Shown in pieces: positions 62,273-64,000 of a stretch of DNA of 64,000 bases; position 1 is the first letter of the stretch; the number at the start of each line of letters is the position of its first letter. The notes under the pieces were generated by a model. The model made no database searches and was not told the origin of the DNA. It was given only the letters and a program-made list of their open reading frames with translations. The stretch comes from an uncultured delta proteobacterium (GTDB lineage: Bacteria > Desulfobacterota > Desulfobaccia > Desulfobaccales > Desulfobaccaceae). The DNA lies in assembly GCA_963705135.1 (NCBI GenBank), contig CAVPJB010000014.1:68816-132815 (forward strand), read 5' to 3'. A program made the position numbers and the translations under genes.

Positions 62273-63551
62273 AACCATCAACGTCGCAAACCTGGCCCGG
62301 GTGGAGGGCGAGGGTGGCCTGAGCTCAAGATCAAAGACGGCCGGGTCACCCCGGCCAACTTAAGATCTTCGAATCTCCCCGCTTTTTCGAGGCCTTCCTG
62401 CGGGGGCGCCGGGGCGCCGAGGCCCCGGACCTCACGGCCCGCATCTGCGGCATCTGCCCGGTGGCCTACCAGATGAGCGCCGTCCATGCGGTTGAGGCGG
62501 CCCTGGGACTTGCGGTGTCCGGCTCCTGGCGGGAATTGCGCCGCCTGCTCTACTGCGGGGAATGGATCGAAAGCCACGGCCTGCATGTCTATTTTCTCCA
62601 TGCCCCCGATTTTTTGGGCTACTCCAGCGCCATCGCCCTGGCCCAGGATTATCCCCAAATCGTCAAGGGAGGTCTGGATTTAAAAAAAGCCGGCAATGAC
62701 CTCGTCGCCCTCCTGGGCGGCCGGGAAATTCACCCCATCAACGTCCGGGTAGGCGGTTTTTATCGGGCGCCTCGAAGTCGAAGAACTGCACGCCCTGGCC
62801 GGCCCCCTGGAGACTGCCCTGGAACTGGCCCAGAAAACCGTGCGCTGGGTCGCCGGCTTTGACTTCCCAGACGTTACCTATGATTACGAATTCGTGGCCT
62901 TGCGGCATCCGGAGGAATATCCCTTCTGCGAGGGCCATTTGGTCTCCAACCGGGGTCTGGAGATTACCGCGGCCAGGACTACGAAAGTCATTTTGCCGAG
63001 GAACATGTCCGGCACAGCAATGCCCTGCACTCCCGTTTACTGGCCCGAGGCCCCTACCTGGTGGGCCCCCTGGCCCGCTTTAACCTGAATTTTGACCGGC
63101 TGACACCCCTGGCCCAGAGTCGGCCCGGGAAGTGGGCCTGACCCCTGACTGCCGCAATCCGTTCCAGAGCATTATCGTCCGCAGCGTGGAATTGGTCTAC
63201 GCCTGCGAGGAAGCCCTCAGAATTATCAACAGCTACGAGCGCCCTGACCGACCTTACCTGGAACCCTCCTGGCGAGCCGGCGAGGGCTGCGCCATCACCG
63301 AGGCCCCCCGGGGTATCCTCTACCACCGCTACTGTCTGGACGACCAGGGCGTCATCCTGGACGCCCGCATCGTCCCCCCCACCTCCCAAAACCAGAAGAC
63401 CATGGAAGACGACCTCTGCCGGGTGGCCGAACAACACCTGCACTTAGAGGACGACCAGCTCACCTATATCCTGGAACAGGCTATCCGCAACTACGACCCC
63501 TGCATCTCCTGCGCCACCCACTGCCTGAGCTTTAAAATTGAGCGCGGTTGA
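62264..63551 (+). CDS. Group 3b [NiFe] hydrogenase large (alpha) subunit, several frameshifts
   Basis: [20 protein letters not shown] (L1), [23 protein letters not shown] (L2) with a C-terminal extension. Confidence 0.9.
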
Positions 63552-64000
63552 GTGGTATCGAGTTAAGAACAGGAGCCAAGCGGAGCTGGGCGGAATATTG
63601 GGATCCCGAGTACAATGTGGGAAAAAGTTATGAAACCAGTTATGAAGGCGGCGCCAGATGATGGGTTCCGGTTTCCGGTGGCAAAGGGCCATGATCAGTA
63701 GCAGCCTCTGATCTTCCTGGGATTCCCGAAGTCTTCTTCCCAGCGGCGGTCGGGGATGTATTTGGGGCGATCCTCCAGCCGATGGCCGTGGGTCACGGCG
63801 TAATTGTATTCTTTCTGATTGAGAAATGGGTCCAGGGGCTCTCTGGCCTTGGGAGTTTCGGGTGCCGGGGTTGGGGTATCCGATGGTTGGTTTTCGGTTG
63901 CCAGGGCCGGGGCTGACGCCTGGGAAAAGGGAGGAGGGAAAAGGGAAGAGAGGCCTGGGGCACCGGTAGCGGTGCCGTCGGCAATTTTTTCCGGCTCGAT

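Noticed and set aside
56900-63551. Hydantoinase B and hydrogenase operon as pseudogenes
   Set aside because: All catalytic motifs are intact and indel density rises toward the window end, suggesting sequencing error; cannot be settled without reads
62264-63551. Selenocysteine-containing hydrogenase
   Set aside because: L1 CGIC and L2 CISC are all Cys codons; no in-frame TGA at ligand positions
63552-64000. Minus-strand Pro-rich coding fragment at the window end
   Set aside because: Broken across frames, runs off the window and has no recognisable family; not annotated

Overview
64-kb chromosomal segment of an anaerobic bacterium, most likely Desulfobacterota (Desulfobacca/Syntrophales-like; inferred from gene content and order). 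It is mostly housekeeping and energy metabolism: ribH-nusB, rpsF-rpsR-DUF2232-rplI, an EF-G paralogue, molybdopterin genes, a porCDAB + NuoE/NuoF/short-NuoG-like operon, birA, rpsU-yqeY-mutS2-dnaG-rpoD-tRNA(CAT)-nif3-zinc-ribbon-rnpB, an arnC/split-arnA/arnD block, ispDF, and a group 3b [NiFe] sulfhydrogenase operon after tRNA-Glu. There are two accessory patches. (1) A decayed island at tRNA-Arg(CCT), ~4.1-9.8 kb, with gnd-pgl, a PEP-CTERM-like surface protein behind a GEMM-I riboswitch, an IS1595, a 5'-truncated Fic gene and an integrase remnant. The riboswitch has A at the ligand-discriminating position, pointing to a 3',3'-cGAMP sensor. (2) A low-GC islet at 45.2-47.3 kb inside the arn cluster, containing a displaced second arnC 3' end. 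Best leads: the A20-type riboswitch controlling a surface protein; the POR genes coupled to a bifurcating-type flavoprotein module with no catalytic subunit of its own; an orphan MamI-like membrane protein; the arnC tail duplication; and a ~100-bp TIR-bounded mini-element found twice just after stop codons. Many single-base frameshifts cluster near the window ends and are probably sequencing/assembly errors. All assignments come from motif recognition by eye; no searches were run.
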